From Gammaproteobacteria bacterium (GTDB taxonomy: Bacteria > Pseudomonadota > Gammaproteobacteria > GCA-002705445 > GCA-002716945): 64,000 nucleotides of DNA. Below are positions 63,956-64,000 of this stretch, one piece after another. A program made the translations under genes and the position numbers. Location: NCBI GenBank assembly GCA_045561295.1, contig JBJKYD010000010.1:32001-96000 (forward strand). The letters are read 5' to 3'. Positions within the stretch are counted from its first letter, which is position 1. Every line of letters starts with the position of its first letter. The notes below the pieces were generated by a model, which did not search any database, was not told where the DNA came from, and saw nothing but the letters and a program-made list of their open reading frames with translations.

Positions 63956-64000
63956 CTATTACACCTTCTCTTATCCCACCATTAGATTTATAGATATCAG
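63933..64000 (-). CDS. 3' end of an upstream gene, possibly Ppx/GppA family (partial)
   Basis: Open frame DIYKSNGGIREGVIDELSQTT* resembles the S-x-G-x-(L/I)REG end of Ppx/GppA domains; only 21 aa visible. Confidence 0.3.
   Translation of the reverse strand, partial: DIYKSNGGIREGVIDELSQTT

Noticed and set aside
1-64000. CRISPR arrays, IS elements, integrases, prophage, rRNA or tRNA genes, sigma-54 promoters
   Set aside because: No spaced direct repeats, transposase or integrase ORFs, or RNA gene signatures were seen; the TGGCAC hits I noticed fall inside coding regions

Overview
An AT-rich, very gene-dense 64 kb stretch of core chromosome from a streamlined, probably marine gammaproteobacterium. 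The gene order is gammaproteobacterial: rlmE-ftsH-folP-glmM-tpiA, carAB, petABC-sspA, murA-hisG-hisD, kdsDC-lptC-lptB-rpoN-ptsN-PTS, argDF, ampDE, nrdAB. I saw no rRNA, tRNA, CRISPR array or mobile element. Family calls come from recognising motifs by eye; no database search was run. The most interesting signals are: (1) a structured 3'-UTR RNA behind one porin gene that is complementary to the ribosome-binding region of the other porin gene 26 kb away, a candidate porin-switch sRNA; (2) an apparent natural LptC::LptA-C-terminus chimera with no separate lptA at the locus; (3) an Mla locus where mlaFEDB is absent and mlaC sits with a non-lipidated mlaA and an MMPL/RND transporter; (4) a phage-like, MGME1-type exonuclease inside the ftsH-folP operon; (5) a compact cobalamin riboswitch whose gated start codon opens only a 7-codon ORF, 234 nt before btuB-btuM; (6) an unannotated 49-aa membrane protein overlapping both nrdA and nrdB; (7) an mcl-mtkAB (malyl-CoA) module; (8) several apparently leaderless or bidirectional promoters.
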